A stretch of DNA of 64,000 nucleotides from Burkholderiales bacterium. Its GTDB lineage: Bacteria; Pseudomonadota; Gammaproteobacteria; Burkholderiales; SG8-41. How positions within the stretch are numbered: the stretch's first letter is position 1; every line of letters starts with the position of its first letter. Shown piece after piece: positions 9,265 through 22,717 of the stretch. Below the pieces are notes generated by a model, which was given only the letters and a program-made list of their open reading frames with translations, searched no databases and was not told the DNA's origin. The DNA lies in assembly GCA_019751125.1 (NCBI GenBank), contig JAIENU010000022.1:7524-71523 (forward strand), written 5' to 3'. Made by a program: the position numbers and the translations under genes.

Positions 9265-11445
9265 TGCCAACACAAAGTCGATGCGCGCATTGTTGAGATC
9301 AACCTTGGCAATCTTCACCCGCAGCCGGTCACCAATGCGGTAACGCTGGCCGGTGCGCTCGCCGAGCAACTGGTGGCGGCCGGCGTCGTACTGGAAGTAA
9401 TCCTTGCCCAACTCGGAAATATGCACCAGCCCCTCTACATATACGTCGTCCAGCGCGACAAAGGCGCCGAAGGCGGCAACACCGGCAATACTGCCCATGA
9501 ACACTTCGCCGACGCGGTCGCGCATGTAATAACACTTGAGCCAGGCCGTGACGTCGCGGGTCGCCTCGTCGGCACGGCGCTCGGTCATCGAACACTGCGC
9601 ACCGAGTTCATGCCAGTCGCCGGGATCGTACTGGCTGCCGGCGAGCACGGCCTTGATCGCCCGATGCACCAGCAGGTCCGGGTAACGGCGGATCGGCGAC
9701 GTGAAATGGGTGTACGAATCGTAGGCGAGGCCGAAGTGGCCGGCATTTTTCGGCGTGTACACCGCCTGCTTCAGCGAGCGCAGCATCACCGTCTGCAGCA
9801 GCTGGGCATCGGGGCGGTCCTTCACCTTCGCCAGCAGCTTGGCGTAGTCCGAAGCATGCGGCATGTCGCCGCCACCGAGCTGTAGGCCGAAGCCTTTGAG
9901 GAAATCACGCAACGCGGCGAGTTTCTCCGGCGTCGGGCCCTCATGCACGCGGTAGAGCACCGGATGCCCGCGCTGGCCGAGGAAATCCGAGGTGCAGACA
10001 TTGGCTGCGAGCATGCACTCCTCGATCAGGCGGTGCGCGTCGTTGCGGATCACCGGCACGATGTTCTCGATCTTGCCCTGGTCATTGAAGATCATCTGAG
10101 TTTCAATGGTCTCAAAATCGATCGCGCCACGTTTGGCGCGCGCCTGCGCCAGTTGGTGATACAGCGCGTACAGCGCCTGCAGATGCGGCACCAGCGCGCG
10201 CCGCTTGCGCGCCGCAGTGCCGCGCGGATCCCCGAGGATGGCCGCGACTTCGGTGTAGGTGAAACGTGCGTGTGAACGCATCACCGCCGCATAAAACTTG
10301 TAGCCCTTGATCACGCCCTGGCCGTCGATCTGCATGTCGCAGACCATCGCCAGCCGCTCGACGTCGGGGTTGATCGAGCACAGGCCGTTGGACAGCGCTT
10401 CCGGCAGCATCGGGATCACCCGCCGCGGGAAATACACCGAGTTGCCGCGGTTGCGCGCCTCGAGGTCCAGCGCGTCGCCGGGCCTCACGTAATGGCTGAC
10501 ATCGGCAATCGCCACCACCAGGCGGAAGCCGCCGCGCGAGGGCTCGCAATACACCGCATCGTCAAAATCGCGCGCGGTTTCACCGTCAATGGTCACCAGC
10601 GGCATGTTGCGCAAGTCTTCGCGCCCCTTGTGGTCAGCCTTGCGTACCTCCTTCGGCAACTTCGCCGCCAGCGCCTCGGCCTCCTTCGGAAACTGCCAGG
10701 GCAGGTCATGCTTGCGCAGCGCGATTTCGATTTCCATGCCGGGGTCGGCGTAATTGCCGAGCACCTCGACCACCTTCGCCAGCGGCTTACCCTGGCGTCC
10801 CGGCTGGGTGATGATCTCGATACTGACCACCTGCCCCGGCCTGGCCTTGCCGGACTCGCCGGCAGGCACCACGAAGTCCTGGCTGATGCGCTTGTCCTCG
10901 GCGGCAACAAAAGTCACGCCGTGTTCAACATGCAGGCGCCCGACAATGCGCGTCTGGCCGTGTTCAAGCACTTCAACGATCTTGCCCTCGGGCCGGCCAC
11001 GGCGGTCCATGCCGGAAATGCGCGCCATCACGCGGTCGCCGTGCAGCACCTTGTACATCTCGCCGGAATCCAGAAACAGATCCGGGCCACCGTCGTCGCG
11101 GATCAGGAAGCCGAAGCCGTCCTTGTGGCCCTGCACGCGCCCGCGCACCAGTTCGAGCTTGTCGGCGACACAGAGATCGCCGCGGCGGTTGCGCATGATC
11201 TGGCCGTCGCGCTCCATCGCCGACAGGCGGCGCGTGAATGCTTCGTGCTCGCGGCGCTTGATGTCGAGCTCACGGGCAAGGTCACCCTCCTCCAGCGGCA
11301 CGCCGGCCTCGACCATGACCTCGAGGATCAGCTCGCGGCTGGGCAGCGGATGTTCATAACGTTCAGCCTCGCGCGCGGCCTGCGGGTCGCTGTGGCGACG
11401 GGAATCAGAGCGGCCGCGTGAGGCGGATTTTTTCGGTTTTTTCAT
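9262..11445 (-). CDS. rnr: Ribonuclease R
   Basis: TIDGETARDFDDAV, HFTSPIRRYPDL, CSD and S1 domains. Confidence 0.97.
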   Translation of the reverse strand: MKKPKKSASRGRSDSRRHSDPQAAREAERYEHPLPSRELILEVMVEAGVPLEEGDLARELDIKRREHEAFTRRLSAMERDGQIMRNRRGDLCVADKLELVRGRVQGHKDGFGFLIRDDGGPDLFLDSGEMYKVLHGDRVMARISGMDRRGRPEGKIVEVLEHGQTRIVGRLHVEHGVTFVAAEDKRISQDFVVPAGESGKARPGQVVSIEIITQPGRQGKPLAKVVEVLGNYADPGMEIEIALRKHDLPWQFPKEAEALAAKLPKEVRKADHKGREDLRNMPLVTIDGETARDFDDAVYCEPSRGGFRLVVAIADVSHYVRPGDALDLEARNRGNSVYFPRRVIPMLPEALSNGLCSINPDVERLAMVCDMQIDGQGVIKGYKFYAAVMRSHARFTYTEVAAILGDPRGTAARKRRALVPHLQALYALYHQLAQARAKRGAIDFETIETQMIFNDQGKIENIVPVIRNDAHRLIEECMLAANVCTSDFLGQRGHPVLYRVHEGPTPEKLAALRDFLKGFGLQLGGGDMPHASDYAKLLAKVKDRPDAQLLQTVMLRSLKQAVYTPKNAGHFGLAYDSYTHFTSPIRRYPDLLVHRAIKAVLAGSQYDPGDWHELGAQCSMTERRADEATRDVTAWLKCYYMRDRVGEVFMGSIAGVAAFGAFVALDDVYVEGLVHISELGKDYFQYDAGRHQLLGERTGQRYRIGDRLRVKIAKVDLNNARIDFVLA

Positions 11446-11474
11446 TTGAATTGCATGCTTTCATGGGCTAGAAT
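11446..11474 (+). promoter_or_regulatory. Sigma70 promoter of tRNA-Leu
   Basis: TTGAAT-N17-TAGAAT followed by a GC-rich discriminator. Confidence 0.7.
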
Positions 11475-11486
11475 GCCGCCCTCATT

Positions 11487-11571
11487 GCCCAGATGGCGGA
11501 ATTGGTAGACGCACCAGTTTCAGGTACTGGCGGGTAACACCGTGGAGGTTCGAGTCCTCTTCTGGGCACCA
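11487..11571 (+). tRNA. tRNA-Leu(CAG)
   Basis: GCCCAGA/TCTGGGC acceptor stem, CCAGT-TTCAGGT-ACTGG anticodon arm, long variable arm, GGTTCGAGTCC, encoded CCA. Confidence 0.97.
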
Positions 11572-11607
11572 GTAACATCGGGCAGTCGGTTGGTTGATGA
11601 CTGCCGT

Positions 11608-11646
11608 TGAAAAGAGCGCCATGCACCCGCATCGCGCTCTTTTTCA
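11608..11646. terminator. Bidirectional terminator between tRNA-Leu and purA
   Basis: TGAAAAGAGCGC...GCGCTCTTTTTCA inverted repeat between convergent genes. Confidence 0.75.
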
Positions 11647-11649
11647 TTT

Positions 11650-13020
<1,371 letters not shown>

Positions 13021-13034
13021 TTAGGAAATTTCAA

Positions 13035-13061
13035 TTATTTATCAATAAAAACAATTGGTTA
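13035..13061 (+). repeat. Dispersed AT-rich IHF-like element, copy 3
   Basis: TTATTTATCAATAAAAACAATTGGTTA in the hisZ-purA gap. Confidence 0.85.
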
Positions 13062-13073
13062 CGTAATACACGC

Positions 13074-14234
13074 TTAATCATCGCATTTTTGCAGCACCCA
13101 GCGGCCGCCACGGCGCACCAGTTCACGCTGACAACCCAGCTCGCGGCGGAAACGTGCATGCCCCGGCAGATCCTCGATCACCACCAGGCCACGGCCGCGC
13201 AAAGCGGCGATGCGCTGCTGCAGCGAACGGTCTGCCGGCCGGTACGGCGCCAGCACCCGCGATACCGGACGCACCTCGGTTCCGGCCGCAGCGAGTTCGC
13301 GCAGATCCACACTGAAACCGGTGGCCGGACGCGCGCGGCCGAAGGCCTTGCCGACCTCGTCATAACGGCCACCCTGCGCAATCGCATTGGGCCGGCCGTT
13401 GGAATAGGCGGAGAACACCACACCACTGTGGTAGTGGTAGCCGCGCAATTCGCCCAGATCGAAGCTTCTGATCTTTGCCAGGTCGGCCAGGCGCTGCGAC
13501 AGCGCCGCAAGGTCGCGCAGCGCGGCGCGGATTTCCGGCAGTGCCGGCAGCACCCGCTTCGCCCGCGCCAGCACCTCGATGCCACCGTACAGCCCGGGCA
13601 GTTCGGCAAGCGCGGCGCGCGTGCTGCGGTCGAGGCCACGCGCAAGCGTGGTGATCGCCGAAACATCCTTGGTCTGCATCGCGCGATGCAGATCGGATTC
13701 AAGCTCGCGGGAAACCCGCCCGCGGCGCAGCAGCGCGCGGAAAATCGCGACATGACCGATGTCCAGTGACACCTCGCGCACCTCGGCCAGCCGCAGCGCG
13801 CGCAGCATCAGCCGCTGCACCTCGACATCACTTTCAATGCCGGCATGGCCGTAGATCTCGGCGCCGATCTGCATCGGCTGGCGGGTGCGGTTCAGGCCCG
13901 GCAGCGTGCGCAGCACGCTGCCCGAATAACAAAGCCGGGTGATGCCGCCGCGGTTGAGCAGGTGCGCGTCGATGCGCGCCACCTGCGGCGTGATGTCGGC
14001 GCGGATGCCGAGCATGCGGCCCGACAGCTGGTCCACCAGCTTGAAGGTCTGCAGGTCAAGATCGTGGCCGGTGCCGGTGAGCAGCGAGTCGACATATTCG
14101 AGCAGCGGCGGCATCACCAGCTCGTAGCCGTGCACAGCGAAGTCGTCGAGCACCAGCCGGCGCAGGTGCTCGATGCGCCGCGCCTCGGCGGGCAGCACGT
14201 CTTCGATGTATTCGGGCAGCAGCCAGGTTCTCAT
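13074..14234 (-). CDS. hisZ: ATP phosphoribosyltransferase regulatory subunit
   Basis: WLLPEYIEDVLP, RADITPQVARIDAH, GGRYD; upstream of purA. Confidence 0.95.
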   Translation of the reverse strand: MRTWLLPEYIEDVLPAEARRIEHLRRLVLDDFAVHGYELVMPPLLEYVDSLLTGTGHDLDLQTFKLVDQLSGRMLGIRADITPQVARIDAHLLNRGGITRLCYSGSVLRTLPGLNRTRQPMQIGAEIYGHAGIESDVEVQRLMLRALRLAEVREVSLDIGHVAIFRALLRRGRVSRELESDLHRAMQTKDVSAITTLARGLDRSTRAALAELPGLYGGIEVLARAKRVLPALPEIRAALRDLAALSQRLADLAKIRSFDLGELRGYHYHSGVVFSAYSNGRPNAIAQGGRYDEVGKAFGRARPATGFSVDLRELAAAGTEVRPVSRVLAPYRPADRSLQQRIAALRGRGLVVIEDLPGHARFRRELGCQRELVRRGGRWVLQKCDD

Positions 14235-14322
14235 GACGGGTAATCAGCGCAAAGCCGAAGCGCGGCCAGTGGGTTGTTCAGGGGCAACATTATATAAAAG
14301 CGCGGTGCAGCCGGCGCTGAAT

Positions 14323-14511
14323 TCAGCCGCGCACGAAATACAGCAGCAGCAGGCCGGCCAGCATCGAGGTCAGTCCGATGAAGCGCAGCTGGCCGTCATG
14401 CATCTCGATCAGCTTGCGGAAGGTCTCGCGCCAGGCGCCAGGTGCGAGGAAAGGCAGCAATCCCTCGATCACCAGCATCAGTGCGAACGCCGTGAGCAAG
14501 GTGTCAGCCAC
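14323..14511 (-). CDS. DUF2065 family small membrane protein
   Basis: ALMLVIEGLLPFLAP..WR..QLRFIGL; conserved position after hflC. Confidence 0.9.
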   Translation of the reverse strand: MADTLLTAFALMLVIEGLLPFLAPGAWRETFRKLIEMHDGQLRFIGLTSMLAGLLLLYFVRG

Positions 14512-14553
14512 GGGGTGCGGGAATCATGGCCGGCGGGCAGCACCGCCCCGCCG

Positions 14554-15444
14554 TCACTTGCCGGCGGGCCGTCCGCCCGAACGCAGGTATTTGAAGAAAT
14601 CGGAATTCGGCTCCAGCACCAGCACATCGCTGCGGTTCTTGAAGCTGGCACGGTAGGCTTCGAGGCTGCGGTAGAAGGCATAGAACTCGGGGTTGATCTC
14701 GTAGGCCTTGGCGTAAATCGCCGCCGCCTTGGCATCACCCTCGCCCTTGATGCGCTGCGCGTCACGGTAGGCCTCGGCCAGGATCACTTCCTTCTGCTTG
14801 TCGGCATCGGCGCGGATCTTTTCGGATTCCGCGGAACCGGTCGAACGCAGTTCGTTGGCCACGCGCTTGCGCTCGGCCTCCATCCGCCGGTAGACCGACT
14901 CGCTGACTTCCTGCGGCAGGTCAACCCGCTTCAGGCGCACATCCAGCACTTCGACACCGATCTTCGAGGCGTCCTCGTTGGCCTTGTTGCGCATCAGCTC
15001 CATGATCTTGTCGCGTTCGCCGGACACCACATCGTGCACGGTGCGGTTGCCGAACTCGGCGCGCAGGCCGTCGTTGATGGTCTGCAGCAGGCGCGTCTGC
15101 GCGCGCAGCTCGTCGCCGCCGACCGAGGTGAAATAGCTGCGCACATCGGTGATGCGCCACTTCACAAACAGGTCAACCAGCACGTTTTTCTTTTCCGAGG
15201 TCAGGAAGCGCTCCGGCTCCGGCGTGTCGATGGTCAGGATGCGCACATCGAAAAAGCGCACGTTGTCGAGCAGCGGCAGCTTGAAGTACAGCCCCGGCTC
15301 CTTCTTGATCGACACCACCTCGCCGAGGCGGAACACGATTGCGTTCTGGCGCTGGTCGACGACGAACAGCGACATGCTGAGCAGCACCAGTACGGCCAGC
15401 GTGCCGCTGACGATCTGGCTGACGTTGAGATTGATTTTTTTCAT
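14554..15444 (-). CDS. hflC: FtsH modulator HflC
   Basis: SPFH domain, RMEAER, FYAFYRSLEAY. Confidence 0.96.
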   Translation of the reverse strand: MKKINLNVSQIVSGTLAVLVLLSMSLFVVDQRQNAIVFRLGEVVSIKKEPGLYFKLPLLDNVRFFDVRILTIDTPEPERFLTSEKKNVLVDLFVKWRITDVRSYFTSVGGDELRAQTRLLQTINDGLRAEFGNRTVHDVVSGERDKIMELMRNKANEDASKIGVEVLDVRLKRVDLPQEVSESVYRRMEAERKRVANELRSTGSAESEKIRADADKQKEVILAEAYRDAQRIKGEGDAKAAAIYAKAYEINPEFYAFYRSLEAYRASFKNRSDVLVLEPNSDFFKYLRSGGRPAGK

Positions 15445-15445
15445 G

Positions 15446-16726
15446 TCAGCGGCCCTCCCGTTCACGGCTGCGGAAGGCTTCACGCCCCCGTGCTGCGCCC
15501 TCGGGGGCTGCAGCCGGCTCTGCCGGCTTTGCCGCAGCAGCGGCTTCCGCCTGCTGGGCGGTGCCGGAACCGGTCATCTGCATCAGCTTGTCGAGCGGCA
15601 GGTAGAGCAGGTTGCCGCCGCCGCTTTTCTGGTCGACCAGCACCTTGCTGGTGTTGCTGAGTATCTGCTGCATGGCATCGAGATAAAGCCGGTCACGGGT
15701 CACCTGCGGCGCCTTGCTGTATTCGGCAACAATCGAACGGAAGCGTGCGGCATCACCCTGGGACTGCTCCACCACCCGGCTGCGGTAACCTTCGGCCTCC
15801 TGCATCAGGCGCGCGGCCATGCCTCGCGCCTTGGGGATCACGTCATTGGCGTAGGCCTCGCCCTCGTTCTTCTGGCGCTCGCGGTCCTGGCCGGCCTTCA
15901 CCGCGTCATCAAACGACGCCTGCACCTGCTCAGGCGGCTGCGCGTTCTGCATCGTCACCTTGCTGATGTTGATGCCGGTCTGGTAGCGGTCAAGAATGCC
16001 CTGCATCAGCTTCTGCGCCCGTGCCGCAACTTCGGCGCGGCCTTCAAAAATCACAAAGTCCATGCTGTTCTTGCCGACAATCTCGCGGATCGCGGTTTCA
16101 GCGGCCTGCAGCACCGCATCTTCCGGCGCGCGGTTGTTGAACAGGTAATCGTTCGAGCTCTTGAGCACGTACTGGACGGCAAACTGCACGTCGACGATGT
16201 TCTCGTCGTCGGTCAGCATCAGCGCCTCTTTCAGCACCTTGCTCTTCACGTTGTTGCGGTAACCGACCTCGACCGTGCGCACCTGCTTGACGTTGACCAC
16301 TTCGGCCGATTCTATCGGATAAGGCATGTGCCAGCGCGGGCCCGGCTGCGTGGTTTCGACGAACTTGCCGAAACGCAGAACCACGCCTTCCTGGCCCTCA
16401 TTGACGATGTAGAACCCGCTGGCCAGCCAGATCGCCACCACTACGCCGACCACCAGGCCGGCGCCGCCGCCGACCATGCCGGGGGTGGGCCCGCCACTGC
16501 CACTGTCGCCACCGCTGTTGCCATTGTTGCCACCCCTGCCGCCAAACAGACGGGACAGCCGGCCGTTCAGGTTGCGCCAGATTTCATCCAGGTCGGGGGG
16601 GCCCTGGTTACCGCCGTTGTTCGGCCGCCGGCCCCACTGGGGATCGTTCAGCGAAAGCAGCGGCGCCAGAATGCGGGCGAGCAGGCCCTTGAGGCGGTCG
16701 CGTACAGAACTTATCGAGGCAATCAT
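15446..16726 (-). CDS. hflK: FtsH modulator HflK
   Basis: LNDPQWG, GPPDLDEIW, MLTDDENIV; start uncertain. Confidence 0.96.
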   Translation of the reverse strand: MIASISSVRDRLKGLLARILAPLLSLNDPQWGRRPNNGGNQGPPDLDEIWRNLNGRLSRLFGGRGGNNGNSGGDSGSGGPTPGMVGGGAGLVVGVVVAIWLASGFYIVNEGQEGVVLRFGKFVETTQPGPRWHMPYPIESAEVVNVKQVRTVEVGYRNNVKSKVLKEALMLTDDENIVDVQFAVQYVLKSSNDYLFNNRAPEDAVLQAAETAIREIVGKNSMDFVIFEGRAEVAARAQKLMQGILDRYQTGINISKVTMQNAQPPEQVQASFDDAVKAGQDRERQKNEGEAYANDVIPKARGMAARLMQEAEGYRSRVVEQSQGDAARFRSIVAEYSKAPQVTRDRLYLDAMQQILSNTSKVLVDQKSGGGNLLYLPLDKLMQMTGSGTAQQAEAAAAAKPAEPAAAPEGAARGREAFRSREREGR

Positions 16727-16753
16727 CGGAACGGATCACTCAAATTGAAGGAA

Positions 16754-17902
16754 TCAAGCCAGGGGAATCAGGCTGGTCAACGGAGGCTGAACAACGGTTT
16801 GGTTGGATGCGGCGGTTTGTTGTGCGTATTCGCCGATGGCGGCACGCAAAAGGTCGATGCCGTCACCGCTGGCCGCACTGATCCAGACGCGGGAAATTCT
16901 AGCATATTCATCACGTTCGACCCTCGGCGGCAGCGCCGTGCGGTCGATCTTGTTGAGCACCATGACCTGCGGAATCCGGTCGGCGCCGATCTCCGCGAGA
17001 ACCCCCTGCACCGCCGCGATCTGCGCTTCCCGGTCGGGGCTGCTGGCATCCACCACATGCAGCAGCAGGTCGGCGTGCACGGTCTCCTCCAGGGTCGCCT
17101 GGAAGGCCTCGACCAGGGTGTGCGGCAGGTGGCGGATGAAACCGACGGTGTCGGACAGCACCACTGAAGCCCCTTCGATGCCACCCAGCCGCCGCGTCGT
17201 GGTGTCGAGCGTGGCAAACAGCTGGTCGGCGGCATAGGCCTCGGCACGGGTCAGGCGGTTGAACAGCGTCGATTTGCCGGCATTGGTATAGCCGACCAGC
17301 GACACCGAAAACACATGGGCGCGGGTGCGCGAGCGACGCTGGGTTTCATGCTGCGAACGCACTTTCACCAGCTTTTCCTTCAGCAGCTTGACCCGCTTGC
17401 CGAGCAGCCGGCGGTCGGTCTCGAGCTGGGTTTCGCCGGGGCCGCGCATGCCGATGCCGCCGCGCTGGCGTTCAAGGTGGGTCCAGCCGCGGACCAGCCG
17501 GGTGGACAGGTGTTCTAGCTGGGCCAGTTCGACCTGCAGCTTGCCGATGTGGCTGCGTGCGCGCTGGGCGAAGATGTCGAGAATCAGGCTGGTGCGGTCG
17601 ACCACCCGGCAGCCGAGCTTGCGCTCGAGGTTGCGTTCCTGGATTGGCGACAGGGCGTGGTTGAACAGCACCAGCGAGGCACCGCTGGTGCGCACCGCCT
17701 CGCCGATTTCCTCGACCTTGCCCTTGCCGGCATACAGCGCCGCATCGGGCCGGTCCCGGCGGCCACGCACCAGCGTGGTTACCGTGACACCGCCGCTGCG
17801 CGCGAGCAACTGCAGCTCGTCCACGCTCTCCGCGTAGTCGGGCTCGCCGAAGTCGAGCGCCACCAGCACCGCCAGGTTGCCGCTACCGGGGCGTTCAAAC
17901 AT
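16754..17902 (-). CDS. hflX: GTPase HflX
   Basis: GPGETQLETDRR, GYTNAGKST, DTVGF, NKID. Confidence 0.97.
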   Translation of the reverse strand: MFERPGSGNLAVLVALDFGEPDYAESVDELQLLARSGGVTVTTLVRGRRDRPDAALYAGKGKVEEIGEAVRTSGASLVLFNHALSPIQERNLERKLGCRVVDRTSLILDIFAQRARSHIGKLQVELAQLEHLSTRLVRGWTHLERQRGGIGMRGPGETQLETDRRLLGKRVKLLKEKLVKVRSQHETQRRSRTRAHVFSVSLVGYTNAGKSTLFNRLTRAEAYAADQLFATLDTTTRRLGGIEGASVVLSDTVGFIRHLPHTLVEAFQATLEETVHADLLLHVVDASSPDREAQIAAVQGVLAEIGADRIPQVMVLNKIDRTALPPRVERDEYARISRVWISAASGDGIDLLRAAIGEYAQQTAASNQTVVQPPLTSLIPLA

Positions 17903-17903
17903 C

Positions 17904-17929
17904 AAAAAACCAGTAAAAACAGTTACTTA
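17904..17929 (+). repeat. Dispersed AT-rich IHF-like element, copy 4 (variant)
   Basis: AAAAAACCAGTAAAAACAGTTACTTA; fills the hfq-hflX gap and overlaps the hfq stop. Confidence 0.65.
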
Positions 17930-18162
17930 TCTTGTTTTTCGTCAAACTGCAGACTCACCGCGCGCGCCGGCACGACCGTGGAAATGGCGTGCTTGTAGAC
18001 CATCTGCGTGACGGTGTTCTTGAGCAGAACCACGTACTGGTCGAAGGAATCGACCTGGCCCTGCAATTTGATGCCGTTGACGAGGTAAATCGAGACGGGG
18101 ATGTGTTCCTTGCGCAAGGCGTTCAGGAACGGGTCTTGTAGCAGCTGCCCTTTATTACTCAT
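17923..18162 (-). CDS. hfq: RNA chaperone Hfq
   Basis: [29 protein letters not shown]. Confidence 0.99.
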   Translation of the reverse strand: MSNKGQLLQDPFLNALRKEHIPVSIYLVNGIKLQGQVDSFDQYVVLLKNTVTQMVYKHAISTVVPARAVSLQFDEKQDK

Positions 18163-18251
18163 GGCACCCTCAGGGTCGTGATGGTCAGAAAAGTCACTTT
18201 ATCGCAAATTATCGAGTCTGGCCATCAGGTTAGCCGCGCTTTGGGGCGCCA

Positions 18252-19580
18252 CTAATCCTTCTGGCCGTACGGATTTCGACTGGATTTGAACTCCACCTTC
18301 AATGGCGTTCCGGTGAGTTTGAACGCATCCCTGAAGAATCGTTCCAGATAACGCCGGTACGAATCCGGGACACGGTCCAGCGCAGAACCGTGGACGATGA
18401 TCCGCGGCGGATTGCTGCCCCCCTGGTGGGCATAACGCATCTTCGGCCGCACCATGCCCGCCCGTGGCGGTTGTTGCTGCTGGATCGCCAGCGCCAGCAC
18501 CCGGGTCAGCCGGGGGGTTGCCAGCCGGGTCATCGCCGCGGCATAGGCGGCATCTGCAGAGCGCAGCACCGCGCCGACACCCTGCCCCTGCAGCGCCGAA
18601 ATGAAGTGAAAGCGCGCGAAATTGAGGAAGTTGAGTTTGCGCGCAGCATCGCGCTTGATCTGGTCACGCTCCGATTCGGAGAGCCCCTCCCACTTGTTCA
18701 CCGCCACCACCAGCGCCCGCCCCGCTTCGAGGATGAAACCGGCGATATGCGCATCCTGCTCGGACACCTCCTGGCGCGCATCAAGCACCAGCACCGCGAC
18801 ATTGGCATCCGAGATCGCCTGCAGCGTCTTCACCACTGAAAATTTCTCGGCCACCTCGTCGATGCGGCCGCGGCGGCGCATGCCCGCGGTGTCGATCAGC
18901 GTGTACGGTTTGCCCTCGCGCTCGAAATCGATGTGGATCGAGTCGCGGGTGGTGCCCGGCGCGTCGAACACCACCACCCGCTCCTCGCCGAGCAGCGCAT
19001 TGACCAGCGTTGACTTGCCGACGTTGGGCCTGCCGACAATGGCGATCTTGGGATGTTTGACGTCGGGCTCAGCCTCGGCTGCGGCATCCTCGAAGGACTC
19101 GAGCACCAGATCCATCAGATCGCTGACATGCTCGTTGTGGCTGGCTGAAATCGCCAATGGCTCGCCCAGCCCGAGATCATGGAATTCAGCAGTGGCCGCG
19201 GCCGAATTCATGCCCTCGGCCTTGTTCACGATCAGCCAGATGCGGCGGCCGCTTCGGCGCAATTCACCGGCGATCTCGCGGTCCTGCGCGGCAAGGCCGA
19301 CCCGCGCATCGACCACAAACAGCACGACATCGGCCTCATCCACCGCCTGTCGCGTCTGCCGCGCCATCTGGTGGTAGATGCCGTCCTTGGCCACCGGCTC
19401 GAAACCGCCGGTATCGACCACGAGGTAGGGCTTGCGGCCCACCCGGCCCTCGCCGTAATGGCGGTCGCGGGTGATGCCCGGCGCATCGACAACAATGGCC
19501 TCGCGGCTGCGGGTCAGCCGGTTGAACAGCGTCGATTTGCCGACGTTGGGACGGCCGACAATGACTACGGTGGGTTTCAT
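18252..19580 (-). CDS. der: Ribosome biogenesis GTPase Der (EngA)
   Basis: Two [10 protein letters not shown]-domains plus a KH-like tail. Confidence 0.97.
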   Translation of the reverse strand: MKPTVVIVGRPNVGKSTLFNRLTRSREAIVVDAPGITRDRHYGEGRVGRKPYLVVDTGGFEPVAKDGIYHQMARQTRQAVDEADVVLFVVDARVGLAAQDREIAGELRRSGRRIWLIVNKAEGMNSAAATAEFHDLGLGEPLAISASHNEHVSDLMDLVLESFEDAAAEAEPDVKHPKIAIVGRPNVGKSTLVNALLGEERVVVFDAPGTTRDSIHIDFEREGKPYTLIDTAGMRRRGRIDEVAEKFSVVKTLQAISDANVAVLVLDARQEVSEQDAHIAGFILEAGRALVVAVNKWEGLSESERDQIKRDAARKLNFLNFARFHFISALQGQGVGAVLRSADAAYAAAMTRLATPRLTRVLALAIQQQQPPRAGMVRPKMRYAHQGGSNPPRIIVHGSALDRVPDSYRRYLERFFRDAFKLTGTPLKVEFKSSRNPYGQKD

Positions 19581-19610
19581 GGTTGGGGACGCGGCAGAGC
19601 GCGCCCGCGC

Positions 19611-20756
19611 TTACTGGACGTTGATCGCGTAGACGCCGCCGTTGCGGGTCTGCACCAGGAAAGTGGACAGGTCGAGGGCGACCGGCGGCACCTGGATCGC
19701 GCTGCCGTCGGTGGCCACCCGCGCGACAAAGGAACCGTCTTCGCGTGACAGCACATGCACCTGACCTTCGAAATCACCAACCACCACATAGCGGCCGATC
19801 GCCAGCGGCGCCGAAGCCCAGCGGCCGTTCAGGCGGTCCTGCTTCCACAGGCTGGCGCCATTACGCCGCTCCAGCGCCAGCACCGCGCTGCGGTCATCGG
19901 TGATGTACACCGCGCGGCTGTCCAGGCCCATGCCGGCAATGCTCGAGGCATCACGCGCCCACAGGGTATCGCCGCGCTGAGCGTCGAAACAGCCGACCCG
20001 GCCCTGATAGGCCACGGCGCAGACCTGGCCGCCATCAACCACCGGCGTACCGGCAACATCGGTCACGCGTTCGAGTTCCGTGGCGCCGCGCGGCAGCGCC
20101 ACCACCGACTCCCAGCCGACATTGCCATTGGCCAGCGCAATCGCCACCAGACGTCCGCCCGGAAATCCGGCGAACACTGCGCCACGCTCGACGGTGACGC
20201 CGGCAAAGCTGCGCACCGACAGCGTCGGCAGCGCACGCTGGTAGACCCAGCGCGACTTGCCGTCGGCGGCATTCAGTCCATGGATGCGGCCATCACCGGT
20301 ACGCACCACCACCACGCCTTCCGCTGCGGCCGGCGGCGACAGCACTTCACCGCTCAGTTGCACCCGCCACGCCGGTTTGCCCGAAGGCTCGAAAGCCAGC
20401 ACTTCGCCGCGCACCGTACCGACCATGACCAGGCCAGCGCCAAACCCGACACCACCGGAAACCGGCGTGCCGGCATCAAAACGGCTCTGCTGCGCGCCGT
20501 TGGCGGCGTTGTAGCCGGCGATCTGGCCACCGGCACCGGCCGCATAAACCATGTTGCCGCTGACCGCCGGATAAAAGGCATTGCGCTGGGCGTTGCCGAC
20601 ATTGCCCTGCCACACCACGCGTGCGGTCGCCTTCGGCTGGAAACTGACCAGCTCGGCCGGCTTCTGCTTCGGTGCCGACGAACCGAACCAGCCGGTCACC
20701 GTCTGGCAACCGGGCAGCAACAGCAGCGCTGCGATCGCGGGCAGCAGGGTACGCAT
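19611..20756 (-). CDS. bamB: Outer-membrane assembly lipoprotein BamB
   Basis: Lipobox LPGC, PQQ-like beta-propeller repeats, ELER.TD; synteny. Confidence 0.93.
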   Translation of the reverse strand: MRTLLPAIAALLLLPGCQTVTGWFGSSAPKQKPAELVSFQPKATARVVWQGNVGNAQRNAFYPAVSGNMVYAAGAGGQIAGYNAANGAQQSRFDAGTPVSGGVGFGAGLVMVGTVRGEVLAFEPSGKPAWRVQLSGEVLSPPAAAEGVVVVRTGDGRIHGLNAADGKSRWVYQRALPTLSVRSFAGVTVERGAVFAGFPGGRLVAIALANGNVGWESVVALPRGATELERVTDVAGTPVVDGGQVCAVAYQGRVGCFDAQRGDTLWARDASSIAGMGLDSRAVYITDDRSAVLALERRNGASLWKQDRLNGRWASAPLAIGRYVVVGDFEGQVHVLSREDGSFVARVATDGSAIQVPPVALDLSTFLVQTRNGGVYAINVQ

Positions 20757-21391
20757 TATTTGGCCTCGCCCAGTGCGTCGAGTTTGAGCTGCAGGATCTG
20801 CCGCGAGGGACTTGCCGAGTCGCTCTTGTCAAAGGCCGACTGGTAGGCGGCGCGCGCTTCGGCACGTTTGCCGCTGGCCATCAGCGCCTCACCCTTGACC
20901 TCGGCATAGAGCCCGGCAAAACTTTCACCGTGTTTGGCTTCGAGCTGCTTCAGCGCCTCGGCCGGATTTTTTTCGTCGAGCAGCACCCGCGCCAGGCGCA
21001 AGCGGGCGACATCACGCACTTCCTCTTCCTTGGCGTTGTCGATCACCCACTGCAGGCGTTTTTTGGCGGCCGGCAGGTCGCCGGTCTCGAAATCGCTTTT
21101 GGCGGCCGACAGCGAAGCCAGCGTCGCATACTGGGTGGAGCCGTAGCTGTCGACAATCTGAACCGCGATGTCGCGCACCCTTTTGTGATCATTGCCGCGC
21201 TCAGCCATTTGCAGCTGGCCGAACAGCACTGCCGCCGACGAAGCCTGCTGGTTCTTGTAATAGTGCCAGCCGCGCACCGCTGCAATCGCCAGCGCGGCAC
21301 CCACCACGGTGATGATCACCAGCTTGCCGTACTGCTGCCACCAGCCCTTCAGCGCCGACAGCTGTTCCTGCTCTTCTAGATCGTAAGCCAT
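20756..21391 (-). CDS. yfgM: YfgM family TPR membrane protein
   Basis: MAYDLEEQEQL..LK.WW..YG, LARLRLARV-like motif; between hisS and bamB. Confidence 0.9.
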   Translation of the reverse strand: MAYDLEEQEQLSALKGWWQQYGKLVIITVVGAALAIAAVRGWHYYKNQQASSAAVLFGQLQMAERGNDHKRVRDIAVQIVDSYGSTQYATLASLSAAKSDFETGDLPAAKKRLQWVIDNAKEEEVRDVARLRLARVLLDEKNPAEALKQLEAKHGESFAGLYAEVKGEALMASGKRAEARAAYQSAFDKSDSASPSRQILQLKLDALGEAK

Positions 21392-21411
21392 TGATTTACC
21401 TTGATTTATTT
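21384..21411 (-). repeat. Dispersed AT-rich IHF-like element, copy 5
   Basis: AAATAAATCAAGGTAAATCAATGGCTTA; perfect WATCAANNNNTTR core containing the yfgM ATG. Confidence 0.75.
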
Positions 21412-21431
21412 CTGGTTTTCGTTCCGGGCAT

Positions 21432-22694
<1,263 letters not shown>

Positions 22695-22717
22695 GTTGAC
22701 TGTTCTTCGGAACCGGT